This document shows, in pieces, positions 21,606 through 30,077 of a stretch of 55,018 bases of DNA (its first letter is position 1; the number at the start of each line of letters is the position of its first letter). The stretch comes from Armatimonadota bacterium (GTDB lineage: Bacteria; Armatimonadota; Zipacnadia; Zipacnadales; UBA5352). The position numbers were made by a program, and so were the translations under genes. The DNA is taken from assembly GCA_034722055.1 (NCBI GenBank), contig JAYENL010000316.1, positions 1 through 55,018 of the forward strand, written 5' to 3'. The notes beneath the pieces were generated by a model. It saw only the letters and a program-made list of their open reading frames with translations. It was not told where the DNA came from and ran no database searches.

Positions 21606-21704
21606 GGGTGCGTCCTTAGATTGTCGGTCGCGGGCGGGTCGCCTGCAACCCACATGCCTGCAACCCACATGAGCACTGGGGCGCGGGCGCCCTCGCCCGC
21701 GCGT
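21606..21704 (+). repeat. Dispersed structured element, copy 2 (shortened, with a 15-bp tandem duplication)
   Basis: GGGTGCGTCCTTAGATTGTCGGTCGCGGG...ACTGGGGCGCGGGCGCCCTCGCCCGCGCG; GCCTGCAACCCACAT duplicated at 21641-21670. Confidence 0.85.
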
Positions 21705-21754
21705 CGTTTCCTTCAGGTGGCCGAAGGCTGGAGTGGCGCTACGCGCCACAAGCC

Positions 21755-21890
21755 GGCGAGGGCGCCGGCTTCCCAAGGATGGAATGGGTCGGCGAGGCGC
21801 CGGCTTCCCAAGGATGGAATGGGTCGGCGAGGCCCTGGCTTCCCGAGGACGGCATGAGGCAGCGAGGCGCCGGCTTCCCAGGATGAGATA
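21755..21890. repeat. Tandem array of four ~35-bp REP-derived units
   Basis: GGCGAGGCGCCGGCTTCCCAAGGATGGAATGGGTC units starting at 21755, 21791, 21826, 21861. Confidence 0.9.
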
Positions 21891-22003
21891 CTCACTCTTG
21901 CTAAGGCGCAGGGGGCTGTGGTCGTGGGAGGAGGCGCGCAGGCGTCTCCGAGCCGCCGCGTCTTCCGCCTACACTCCGAGTTAGCATCAGCGGCCGAATA
22001 GGC

Positions 22004-22032
22004 TTGACGGGGCCGCACGCCTCGGGTAACAT
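22004..22032 (+). promoter_or_regulatory. Sigma70-type promoter upstream of purA
   Basis: TTGACG-N17-TAACAT. Confidence 0.55.
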
Positions 22033-22064
22033 ATCGTAGTGGGATAGTCACTTTTACAGTGCGT

Positions 22065-22109
22065 CACGAGCGGCCCGAGTGGCTCGGTCCCCTTGGGCCG
22101 CTTTTCGTG
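22065..22109 (+). promoter_or_regulatory. Terminator-like hairpin in the purA leader
   Basis: AGCGGCCCGAG...CTTGGGCCGCT followed by TTTCGTGT, between the promoter and the start codon. Confidence 0.45.
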
Positions 22110-22144
22110 TGCACGGCACACTGGCGCGCGGGGAGTCGTTAGCG

Positions 22145-23422
22145 ATGCCTGCTACAGTAATAGTCGGCGCCCAGTGGGGCGACGAAGGTAAGGGCAAGAT
22201 CACCGACCTGCTGGCCGAGGACGCGGCCGTTGTGATCCGTTACCAGGGCGGCAGCAATGCCGGCCACACGGTGGTCGTCAATGGCGAGGAGTTCAAGCTG
22301 CACCTCATCCCCTCGGGGATCCTGCGCGAGGAGACGCTGTGCATCATGGCGTCGGGGACCATCATCGACCCCATCTCGCTGCGGGAGGAGATCGAGGCGC
22401 TGCGCGAGCGCGGCGTGAGCTGCAGCAACCTGCGCATCTCGGTCAACGCCCACGTCATCATGCCCTACCACCGACTCCTGGACGGGCTGCAGGAGGACTC
22501 CCGGGGCAAGAAGAGCATCGGGACGACCCGCCGGGGGATCGGGCCGACCTACACCGACAAGACCGCCCGCATGCCGCGCAGCATCCGCATGGGCGACCTG
22601 CTCGATGACGACCGCCTGCGGGAGCTCATCGAGGCGCAGCTTGACCAGAAGAACGTCATCATCCGGGAGGTCTACGGGCACGAGCCGCTGGACCCGGACG
22701 AGGTTCACGGTCAGGTCAGCGAGGTCCTGGACGTGGTGCGGCCGCACATCGCGGACGTCCGCCGGGACATCCGCGAGGCCGTGGACTCCGGCCGCACGAT
22801 CATCCTGGAGGGGGCTCAGGGGACCTTCCTGGACCTCGACTACGGGACCTATCCCTACGTCACCTCATCGCATCCGGTGGCCGGCGGCGCCTGCCTGGGC
22901 ACCAGCATCGGCCCCACGGAGATCGACGAGGTGGTGGCGGTCGTCAAGGCCTACACCACGCGCGTGGGCGCCGGGGCCTTTCCGACGGAGCTGGAGGATG
23001 AGACCGGCGATCAGCTTCGCGAGCGCGGCGCCGAGTTCGGCACCACCACCGGCCGCCCGCGGCGGTGCGGGTGGCTGGACGGCGTGGCGCTGCGCACCGC
23101 CGCGGAGCTCAACGGCGCCACCTCAATCGCCATCACCAAGCTGGACGTGCTGGACGAGCTGGAGACCATACGCGTGGCGGTGGCCTACGAGATCGACGGC
23201 GAGCCCCATGAGCGCATGCCGGAGAACCTGGACATGCTTGCGGAGGTCACGCCCATCTACGAGGAGCTGGCCGGCTGGCAGCAGCCGCTGGACGACGTGC
23301 GCAGCCACGATGCCCTGCCCGCCCAGGCCCGGGCCTACACGGACCGCATGGCGGAGCTGGCAGGCTGCCCCGTCTGGGCCATCTCGGTGGGCCCATCGCG
23401 CAATCAGACGATCATCTGCTGA
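22145..23422 (+). CDS. purA: Adenylosuccinate synthetase
   Basis: GAQWGDEGKGK, GG.NAGHT, EGAQG..LD.DYGTYPYVTSS, TTTGRPRRCGWLD, TKLDVL. Confidence 0.99.
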   Translation: MPATVIVGAQWGDEGKGKITDLLAEDAAVVIRYQGGSNAGHTVVVNGEEFKLHLIPSGILREETLCIMASGTIIDPISLREEIEALRERGVSCSNLRISVNAHVIMPYHRLLDGLQEDSRGKKSIGTTRRGIGPTYTDKTARMPRSIRMGDLLDDDRLRELIEAQLDQKNVIIREVYGHEPLDPDEVHGQVSEVLDVVRPHIADVRRDIREAVDSGRTIILEGAQGTFLDLDYGTYPYVTSSHPVAGGACLGTSIGPTEIDEVVAVVKAYTTRVGAGAFPTELEDETGDQLRERGAEFGTTTGRPRRCGWLDGVALRTAAELNGATSIAITKLDVLDELETIRVAVAYEIDGEPHERMPENLDMLAEVTPIYEELAGWQQPLDDVRSHDALPAQARAYTDRMAELAGCPVWAISVGPSRNQTIIC

Positions 23423-23455
23423 GGCGCTGGCGGTGACCTGACGGCGCCGGTGGCG

Positions 23456-23506
23456 GCGGAGGGGCCGCCTGAGGGCGGTCCGCAGGAGCGCACGAAGTCG
23501 GCCCGC
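23456..23506 (+). repeat. GGAG-tagged tandem-GA hairpin motif, copy a
   Basis: CGGAGGGGCCGCCTGAGG...CGAAGTCGGCCCGC; related copies at 34581-34635 and 44312-44363. Confidence 0.75.
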
Positions 23507-23581
23507 AGCCGTTGCCGTTGGAGGGGCCGCACGACGACGGGTGCGAAGCACCCGGAGGAGGTCGGCCCAACATGCTGCAAG

Positions 23582-23610
23582 TTGACAGCGGCATTGCCAT
23601 TTGATACCAT
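23582..23610 (+). promoter_or_regulatory. Sigma70 promoter of the tRNA operon
   Basis: TTGACA-N17-TACCAT with extended -10 TG, 6 nt before tRNA-Lys. Confidence 0.8.
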
Positions 23611-23616
23611 GAATAT

Positions 23617-23692
23617 GAGCCGTTAGCTCAGTTGGTAGAGCATCGGACTTTTAATCCGAGGGTCGCAGGTTCGATTCCTGCACGGCTCACCA
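23617..23692 (+). tRNA. tRNA-Lys(TTT)
   Basis: Cloverleaf; anticodon arm TCGGA-CTTTTAA-TCCGA; GTTCGA T-loop; encoded CCA. Confidence 0.98.
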
Positions 23693-23695
23693 GGC

Positions 23696-23770
23696 GGCCC
23701 CATAGTCTAACGGCTAGGACTCCGCTCTTTCAAGGCGGCGGTACGGGTTCGATTCCCGTTGGGGCTACCA
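23696..23770 (+). tRNA. tRNA-Glu(TTC)
   Basis: Anticodon arm CCGCT-CTTTCAA-GGCGG; encoded CCA. Confidence 0.97.
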
Positions 23771-23795
23771 CCGCGAATGCTCTGCTCGGTTCGGC

Positions 23796-23871
23796 GGGCG
23801 GATAGCTCAGTGGCCAGAGCACCTGCCTTACACGCAGGGGGTCGCAGGTTCAAGTCCTGCTCCGCCCACCA
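23796..23871 (+). tRNA. tRNA-Val(TAC)
   Basis: Anticodon arm CCTGC-CTTACAC-GCAGG; encoded CCA. Confidence 0.98.
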
Positions 23872-23957
23872 CACAGGTGCCGGCAGCGCCAGCGCCCGCG
23901 GACCCGGTAATTCGACCCATAACACGTGACGGTCTTTGACAAGTGTGGCTTCAGGGT

Positions 23958-24033
<76 letters not shown>

Positions 24034-24062
24034 CACCCGACTTGTCTGCTACAACTTCGGGA

Positions 24063-24138
24063 GCCGACGTAGCTCAATTGGAAGAGCAGCTGAATCGTAA
24101 TCAGCAGGTTGCCAGTTCGAGTCTGGCCGTCGGCTCCA
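24063..24138 (+). tRNA. tRNA-Thr(CGT)
   Basis: Anticodon arm GCTGA-ATCGTAA-TCAGC; encoded CCA. Confidence 0.96.
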
Positions 24139-24284
24139 CTTCTTCGTGTTGCCTGACGCGGTCCGGCTCTCCGGGCCGCGCTTTGTTTCAGCCTGCGGCG
24201 CGGGAGCGGCGAGCCCTTCTCATCCCGTGACGCTGATGCCACCGTGTGCCGTCTGCAGCTTCGCGCCTCCGGAGTGTTGACGGC

Positions 24285-25202
24285 GTGCCAATCACCAGGG
24301 CAATCGTTCCCGCCGGGGGCAAGGGCACCAGGCTCTTCCCTGTCACCAAGGCCCAACCCAAGGAGATGCTGCCCCTCGGAACCAGACCCGTCATTCAGGG
24401 CGTGGCCGAGGAGCTGGTCAGCGCTGGCGTCACGGACATCCTCATCATCACCGGCGCAGGCAAGAGCCCGGTGGAGGATCACTTCGACCCCACCAGCGGC
24501 CTCACCGCCGCCGACGCCGGCGTTGACGGCTGGCCGCCTTACGACGATGAGGCCATCCAGTTCTACTTCACCCGGCAGGGAGAGCCCCGCGGCCTGGGGG
24601 ACGCGGTCCGCTGCGGGGAGCGCTTCGCGGGCGAGGAGCACGTCATCGTGGCGCTGGGCGATTGCATCATCACCAGTGATCAGCCGGCGGCGCCCCTGCG
24701 CCGGATGCTGGCTGCGCACGCGGAACATGAGGCCGATGCGTCCATCCTGGTCCAGCGCGTCAGCCTGGAGGCCACCGGCCGCTACGGCATCGTGCAGCCC
24801 GGGCGCGAGCTGGCAGAGGGCGCCTTCGAGATGGATGACATCATCGAGAAGCCCGGCCCCGAGGACGCCCCCAGCCGCTACGCCGTCGCCGCCCGCTACG
24901 TCTTCTCCCCCACCCTTTTTCCCTACCTGGCGGACCTCGAGCCGGGGAAGGGCGCCGAGATCCAGCTCACCGACGCCGTTCGGGCCATGATCGCTGACGG
25001 CCATCGTGTGCTGGGGGTTCCTCTGCAGGAGGGCGAGCGGCGGCTGGACGTAGGGAACTTCGAGAGCTACAGTCGCGCGTTCTTCCGCACTATGCTCACC
25101 GATGAGGTCGTCGGAGAGGGTCTGAGGCGGTACGCCGCGAACCTCCTGGAGCATCTACGAGATGCATCTCATCCCGACCCTGATCTGCCGAGCGACGCAT
25201 AG
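24285..25202 (+). CDS. galU: UTP-glucose-1-phosphate uridylyltransferase
   Basis: AIVPAGGKGTRLFPVTKAQPKEMLP, EDHFD, RQ.EPRGLGDAV, EKP, GAEIQLTDA; GTG start at 24285. Confidence 0.9.
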   Translation: MPITRAIVPAGGKGTRLFPVTKAQPKEMLPLGTRPVIQGVAEELVSAGVTDILIITGAGKSPVEDHFDPTSGLTAADAGVDGWPPYDDEAIQFYFTRQGEPRGLGDAVRCGERFAGEEHVIVALGDCIITSDQPAAPLRRMLAAHAEHEADASILVQRVSLEATGRYGIVQPGRELAEGAFEMDDIIEKPGPEDAPSRYAVAARYVFSPTLFPYLADLEPGKGAEIQLTDAVRAMIADGHRVLGVPLQEGERRLDVGNFESYSRAFFRTMLTDEVVGEGLRRYAANLLEHLRDASHPDPDLPSDA

Positions 25203-25229
25203 GGCGCAACGACGGAGGGAGGACGTGCG

Positions 25230-26195
25230 ATGCGCGAGCTAAGCAGCCTGGCTGGGCTTGAGGTCATTGCGACCGATGACGGCAGGAGACTGGGGACCGT
25301 GGCGGAGCCGCTGGTGGACCTCGCTGCCGGGGAGCTGGTCGGCGTGACGCTGGCGAAGACTCCGGAGATGCAGGTCATCCTGGCCGAGGACATCTCGATC
25401 ATCGGGCCGGACGCGGTGATGATACCCAGCTCCGAGGCCCTGAGGAGCCGTGAGGAGGTGGGGGAGGCGCTGGCTCGTGGCAGGCGGGTGCTCGGCGAGC
25501 CGCCCACCGTCATCACGGACCGCGGCGCGCGGCTGGGCGAGCTGGGCAGCGTGCACATCGACGAGGGGTCCAAGCGGATCAGCCGCTTCGAGGTGAGTGG
25601 CGGCACCTTCCGGGACGTCACGGAGGGCGTGCTGGCCATGCCACCCATGGAGGGCATCGTCCACGGTGAGGACACCATCATCGTCCCGCACGAGGTAGTC
25701 GCCCGGCGGCTTCACCAGGCCAGCGGCCTGCGCGGGACCTTCCGCAGCCTCGCCCAGCGGCTGCGAGGGGGGATGGTGCAGATGTCCGAGCGCTCCGACG
25801 AGCTGCTGCGGGAGGGCGAGCAGCGCCTCAAGAGGAGCACCCACCGGGTCCGGAAGCGCGCTGAAGAGTTCGCTGACGAGGCGCGGGAGAAGGCCGACGA
25901 GCTGGCCGACGAGGCCCGGGAGGCGGTGGAGAAGGCCCGCGAGGCTGCCAAAGCCGAGCGCGAGGAGGAGGCCGCCGAGGAGCCTGAGGAGGAGCAGGAA
26001 CAGCCTCAGGAGCCGCAGAAGGAGCCCGAAGAGGGCGACACCAGCCTCGCTCCCGGCCCTGCCACCCCGCCGCCGGAGCGCGTGGAGGAAGGTCCCCAGG
26101 CCCCCGAGGACGAAGACACTGACAGCGAAGAGCCGGAACCGGGCGAGGGTGGAGAGGAACTGCACGGGGACGAGAGCGGCCAACAGAGCGAGTAG
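25230..26195 (+). CDS. Tandem PRC-barrel protein with coiled-coil and acidic tail
   Basis: LSSLAGLEVI..DDGRRLGTV and VITDRGARLGEL repeats; IG.DAV motif. Confidence 0.82.
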   Translation: MRELSSLAGLEVIATDDGRRLGTVAEPLVDLAAGELVGVTLAKTPEMQVILAEDISIIGPDAVMIPSSEALRSREEVGEALARGRRVLGEPPTVITDRGARLGELGSVHIDEGSKRISRFEVSGGTFRDVTEGVLAMPPMEGIVHGEDTIIVPHEVVARRLHQASGLRGTFRSLAQRLRGGMVQMSERSDELLREGEQRLKRSTHRVRKRAEEFADEAREKADELADEAREAVEKAREAAKAEREEEAAEEPEEEQEQPQEPQKEPEEGDTSLAPGPATPPPERVEEGPQAPEDEDTDSEEPEPGEGGEELHGDESGQQSE

Positions 26196-26204
26196 ATCGC
26201 GGCA

Positions 26205-27140
26205 ATGGCCACAAGAAGCGACATCGACGTCACACGCAGCCTGGCACGCCGACTGGCCCCGATCCCCGGTCTCGAGATCCGGGAGGGTGAGCCGCTCTCC
26301 CGGCATACCTCCTTCGGGATCGGCGGGCCGGCCGATGTGCTGGCCATCCCCTCCAGCCCCCTGGCGCTGAGCGAGCTGGTGCGGATCGCCGCCGACGTGG
26401 GGATCGAGCCCCTCTACCTGGGGAACGGGACCAACCTCATCGTGCGCGACGGCGGGATCCGGGGCCTGGTCGTGCGCATGGCCGGCGGCCTCAGCGACAT
26501 CACCGTGGAGGGCAGGATGGCGGTGGTTGAGGCCGGAGCCTCGCTGGCGACGGTGTGCTTCCAGTGCGCCCAGCGGGGGCTGGCCGGTCTGGAGTTCGCG
26601 GCCGGTATCCCGGGGACGCTGGGCGGCGCGCTGATCATGAACGCCGGCGCCAACGGCGGGGAGATCGGCGACGTCACCGAATGGGTGGACGTGGTCAGCC
26701 CCGACGGCGACATCGACCGGCTGCCCTGCGACGAGCTCAACTTCGGCTACCGCTGCTCCGCTCTGCGCGAGAGGGGGCTGGCGGTGCTGCGCGCCGGACT
26801 GCACCTGGAGCCGGGCGAGCCGGAGCGGATCCACCGCAGGCTGTGCGACGCCATGGCCGCCCGCTGCGCCACGCAGCCAGTCACGATGCCCAGCGCGGGC
26901 TCCATCTTCAAGCGGCCCGAGGACGATTACGCCGGGCGGCTGCTGGAGGAGGCCGGCGCCAAGGGGATGCGCGTCGGCGGCGCTGCGGTCTCCACCAAGC
27001 ACGCCAACTTCGTGGTGAACCTCGGCGGGGCCACGGCCTCGGACGTCATACGGCTCATCGAGAGGGCCCGCGACCTCGTCCACGAGCGGTTGGGCATCGT
27101 GCTGGAGCCCGAGGTGTGCATCGCCGGTGAGGACCGGTAG
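26205..27140 (+). CDS. murB: UDP-N-acetylenolpyruvoylglucosamine reductase
   Basis: HTSFGIGGPAD, GNGTNL, GIPGTLGGAL.MNAGA, F.YR.S, QP..PSAGSIFK, KHANF, LEPEV. Confidence 0.97.
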   Translation: MATRSDIDVTRSLARRLAPIPGLEIREGEPLSRHTSFGIGGPADVLAIPSSPLALSELVRIAADVGIEPLYLGNGTNLIVRDGGIRGLVVRMAGGLSDITVEGRMAVVEAGASLATVCFQCAQRGLAGLEFAAGIPGTLGGALIMNAGANGGEIGDVTEWVDVVSPDGDIDRLPCDELNFGYRCSALRERGLAVLRAGLHLEPGEPERIHRRLCDAMAARCATQPVTMPSAGSIFKRPEDDYAGRLLEEAGAKGMRVGGAAVSTKHANFVVNLGGATASDVIRLIERARDLVHERLGIVLEPEVCIAGEDR

Positions 27141-27167
27141 TGCGCGGGGGGGGCGATACGCAGTCGA

Positions 27168-27554
27168 TCAGCCGACGTCGGCCTCAGGGTCGGCGTCGTT
27201 TCCATTCGCGCCCTCGGGCGCTTCGCTGGTCGCGGCGGGCTCCTCCGCCTCACCCTCGTCGTCCTCATTCTCCGCTTCGGGCACATCGGCGGGACGCACG
27301 CGCAGAGGTTTGCTGCGCTCCAGGCGCTCCCGGACCACGGGCGGGACGTAGACCTCGCTGATGTCCTCCTCGGCGAGAATGCTGGCGAGTGCGGCCACCC
27401 GCTCCCCCACTCGCAGCCCGGCGTCGATGACCGCGATCCGCCTTCCGCGCAGCAGCCCCACGCCCACGCGCCCCGCGGCTGACTCGTAGCGGACCTCGAT
27501 GTCCACCCGTCGCGCAAGCTCCTCGAGATGATGCAGCATGGTCTCCTCGTCCAC
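27168..27554 (-). CDS. Small hypothetical protein with acidic tail
   Basis: GGAGG RBS before GTG; biased codon usage; LEELARRVDIEVRYE...VYVPPVVRERL pattern. Confidence 0.7.
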   Translation of the reverse strand: MDEETMLHHLEELARRVDIEVRYESAAGRVGVGLLRGRRIAVIDAGLRVGERVAALASILAEEDISEVYVPPVVRERLERSKPLRVRPADVPEAENEDDEGEAEEPAATSEAPEGANGNDADPEADVG

Positions 27555-27702
27555 CGGATGCCTCCACTGAGGCGTGGCTCACTCCACGAGGCCTGCATTC
27601 GACGCCCGATCCTCCGCCTCCTTTGCCGGTCACGAGGTGTGCCGGGGACGGTGGCGAAACATATCACATCACCTCCACCGCCCCTGAGGGGGATTGAGAC
27701 AG

Positions 27703-30039
27703 ATGTCAGCCGACAGCACGCGACGTTCGCCGCACCGTCCCCCGGCCTGTCTTGTCACGCTCGCCGCGTGGGGCCTCGCCGTCACGTTCTCCATCAGCCC
27801 CGCCGGGGCCGCTGTGCTGCCGGAGCAGATCGACGCCGACATGACGCTGACGCTCGCGGACTCGCCGTGGGAGATGCGCTCCAACGTCCTCATCGCCGCC
27901 GGCGCCGAGGTCACCGTGGAGCCCGACGTGCGGGTGGTGGCGCATGGCGACTACCGCCTCACAGTGGCCGGCTCGCTGACCGCCATGTCCGAGATGGGCA
28001 CCCGCATCGTCTTCCGCGCCCCCGACAACTCCTCCACCGGCGCCTGGCGCGGGCTCTACTTCATCAAGGGCAGCACGGGGCGCTTTCAGCGCTGCACCGT
28101 CCGCTCGGCGGTTGACAACATCATGGCCGACTCCGCCGACGTGCGGCTCTACAACTGCCAGGTGCGCCGGGCGTCCCGCGACGGTCTCTACGCCTGGGGC
28201 GACAGCTTCATCAAGTGCGCCTACTGCACATTCCAGAACAACGGCCGCCACGGCGTCCACATCCAGACCACCCGCCCCGAGGGGGCGATCATCTACTCCC
28301 AGTTCGCGGGCAGTGGCGAGCATCCGGTCAAGGTCAAGGCCACCTGCCTGGAGATGCTGCGCAGGGGGAACACCTTCAGCCACAACACCGTCTCGGCCAT
28401 CGGCGTGGACTGCGGGGCTGCCACGGACATCGAGGACGTGGACGTGTGGCGCAATGCGGACCTGCCGCTGGACCTCACCGTGGGCTCGGCCACCGCCGAT
28501 CTCATCATCGGCCGGGACGCGACGCTTCGCATCAAGTCGGGCCTCCGCATCTACCCGCCGCGGCGGATCGTCGTGCGCGGCCGCCTCCTGGTTGACGGGC
28601 TTCCCGACGCCCGGGTGGTCATCCAGCCGCAGGGCGACGCCTCGCCGGGCGACTGGCTGGGCGTGGAGCTGGAGCCGGACGCTGTCGCGCGTGTGAAGGT
28701 CGCCACGGTGGGCTTCGCCCGCGACGGGTTTACTCTCGATGACGCGCGGCTGTTCATGGACAACGCGGTGGTCCGCGACTGCCAGAATGACGGCATCTTC
28801 GCGGCGGACGGCTCCCACTTCGACCTCGCCGGCTGCACCATCTTCGGCTGCGGCCGCAGCGGCCTGCACGCGCCTCAGCCGACCTGCACCGGCAAGGTAC
28901 ATTCTACCAGGATCAGCGGCTGCGGCGGCTACCCGGTCCGGATCGCGGCCACCGTCGCCGAGGCGCTGCGCCACAACAACCGCTACACGGACAACGCGCG
29001 GCAGGCCGTCGGTGTGCTGTGTAGTGCCCACCCGGACATCAGGGACGACGACGCGTGGCTGCCGCAGGGCATCCCCTTCGACCTGACCGCCGACCCCGCA
29101 GAGACCACGCTGCGGGTGCGCGGCGGCGCACGCCTGTCCCTGCGAGCGGGCGTCGAGGTCGTTGGCGGAACCGTCAGCGCGGCGGGAATCCTGGTGGCTG
29201 AGGGAACTGGCGAGCATCCGGTGACCTTCGGCTCCCCGGCGACCTCCCCGGCGCCGGGCGACTGGACGGGCATCGAGTACGTAGGCTCCAGCGCCGGCCG
29301 CCTGGTCAACACCATACTCACCCACGCCGAGAGCGGTGTGAGTATCAGCTCTCCGGGCTACATCCGCCTGGTGGACTGCGAGCTGACGCAGTGCCAGACC
29401 GACGGAATCCGCGTCCTCGAGGACGCCGTGCCGATCATCAGCGGCTGCAGCAGCCACCATAACGGGCGCGACGGCATAGGCCTGTGGGCGGACGCCGATC
29501 CGGCGCTGGGCGCGGACGGCAGCTCGAGCAACCCCGGCCACAACGCCTTCTACAGCAACGGAAGATACAACCTCGCGAATCGGACCTCGCACCCGGTCCT
29601 GGCCCAGAGCAACTGGTGGGGGACCACCAGCCAGGCGGAGATCGCGCAGAGCATCCTCGATCAGGGCGACAACTCGGACTGCGGTCCGGTCAACTACGTG
29701 CCCTTCCTGGAGAGCTCGCCGGCGTCGATGGCCCTCGCGGAGGCCGACGCCCCGCCGCTGGCCATCATGAGTGTGACCGCCACCCGCACGGGGAGGGGCG
29801 CGGCGATAGACGTGCGGCTCTCCCGGTCCGCGGACGTCCGCGTGGTCGTGCGCAATATCGCCGGCCGGCCGGTTCGGGAGCTGCACGCCAGCGTCCAGCG
29901 CAGCGGCGTCGTCCCGTGGGACGGTCGCGACATGCGAGGCGTCTCAGTCCCATCCGGCCGCTACCTGGTGGAGGTGGAGGCCTTCAGCGGGGAGGGCGAA
30001 CTGGCGCGGGCGCTCTGCACGCTGAGGCTCGGGCGATAG
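27703..30039 (+). CDS. Secreted right-handed parallel beta-helix repeat protein with C-terminal FlgD-Ig-like domain
   Basis: Signal peptide; three repeats of the G.L...G....IVF/PGDW.G unit; NWWGTT; VRNIAGRPVREL...WDGRD.RG..VPSGRYLV. Confidence 0.85.
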   Translation: MSADSTRRSPHRPPACLVTLAAWGLAVTFSISPAGAAVLPEQIDADMTLTLADSPWEMRSNVLIAAGAEVTVEPDVRVVAHGDYRLTVAGSLTAMSEMGTRIVFRAPDNSSTGAWRGLYFIKGSTGRFQRCTVRSAVDNIMADSADVRLYNCQVRRASRDGLYAWGDSFIKCAYCTFQNNGRHGVHIQTTRPEGAIIYSQFAGSGEHPVKVKATCLEMLRRGNTFSHNTVSAIGVDCGAATDIEDVDVWRNADLPLDLTVGSATADLIIGRDATLRIKSGLRIYPPRRIVVRGRLLVDGLPDARVVIQPQGDASPGDWLGVELEPDAVARVKVATVGFARDGFTLDDARLFMDNAVVRDCQNDGIFAADGSHFDLAGCTIFGCGRSGLHAPQPTCTGKVHSTRISGCGGYPVRIAATVAEALRHNNRYTDNARQAVGVLCSAHPDIRDDDAWLPQGIPFDLTADPAETTLRVRGGARLSLRAGVEVVGGTVSAAGILVAEGTGEHPVTFGSPATSPAPGDWTGIEYVGSSAGRLVNTILTHAESGVSISSPGYIRLVDCELTQCQTDGIRVLEDAVPIISGCSSHHNGRDGIGLWADADPALGADGSSSNPGHNAFYSNGRYNLANRTSHPVLAQSNWWGTTSQAEIAQSILDQGDNSDCGPVNYVPFLESSPASMALAEADAPPLAIMSVTATRTGRGAAIDVRLSRSADVRVVVRNIAGRPVRELHASVQRSGVVPWDGRDMRGVSVPSGRYLVEVEAFSGEGELARALCTLRLGR

Positions 30040-30077
30040 CACGCGAGCCGACTGCGGGTCGCTCCGGTCGGGAGGGC

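Noticed and set aside
21755..21890. Possible CRISPR array
   Set aside because: The units are contiguous ~35-bp tandem repeats whose would-be spacers are identical or related; no cas genes in the window
22033..22110. Canonical purine riboswitch before purA
   Set aside because: Lacks the three-way junction length and the conserved UAUAAU, UUUCUACC and CCGUAAA segments
27706..29886. Long antisense ORFs (also 25239-27083, 42492-44060, 51587-53953, 14848-16068)
   Set aside because: Shadow frames of high-GC genes whose opposite strand carries clear family motifs
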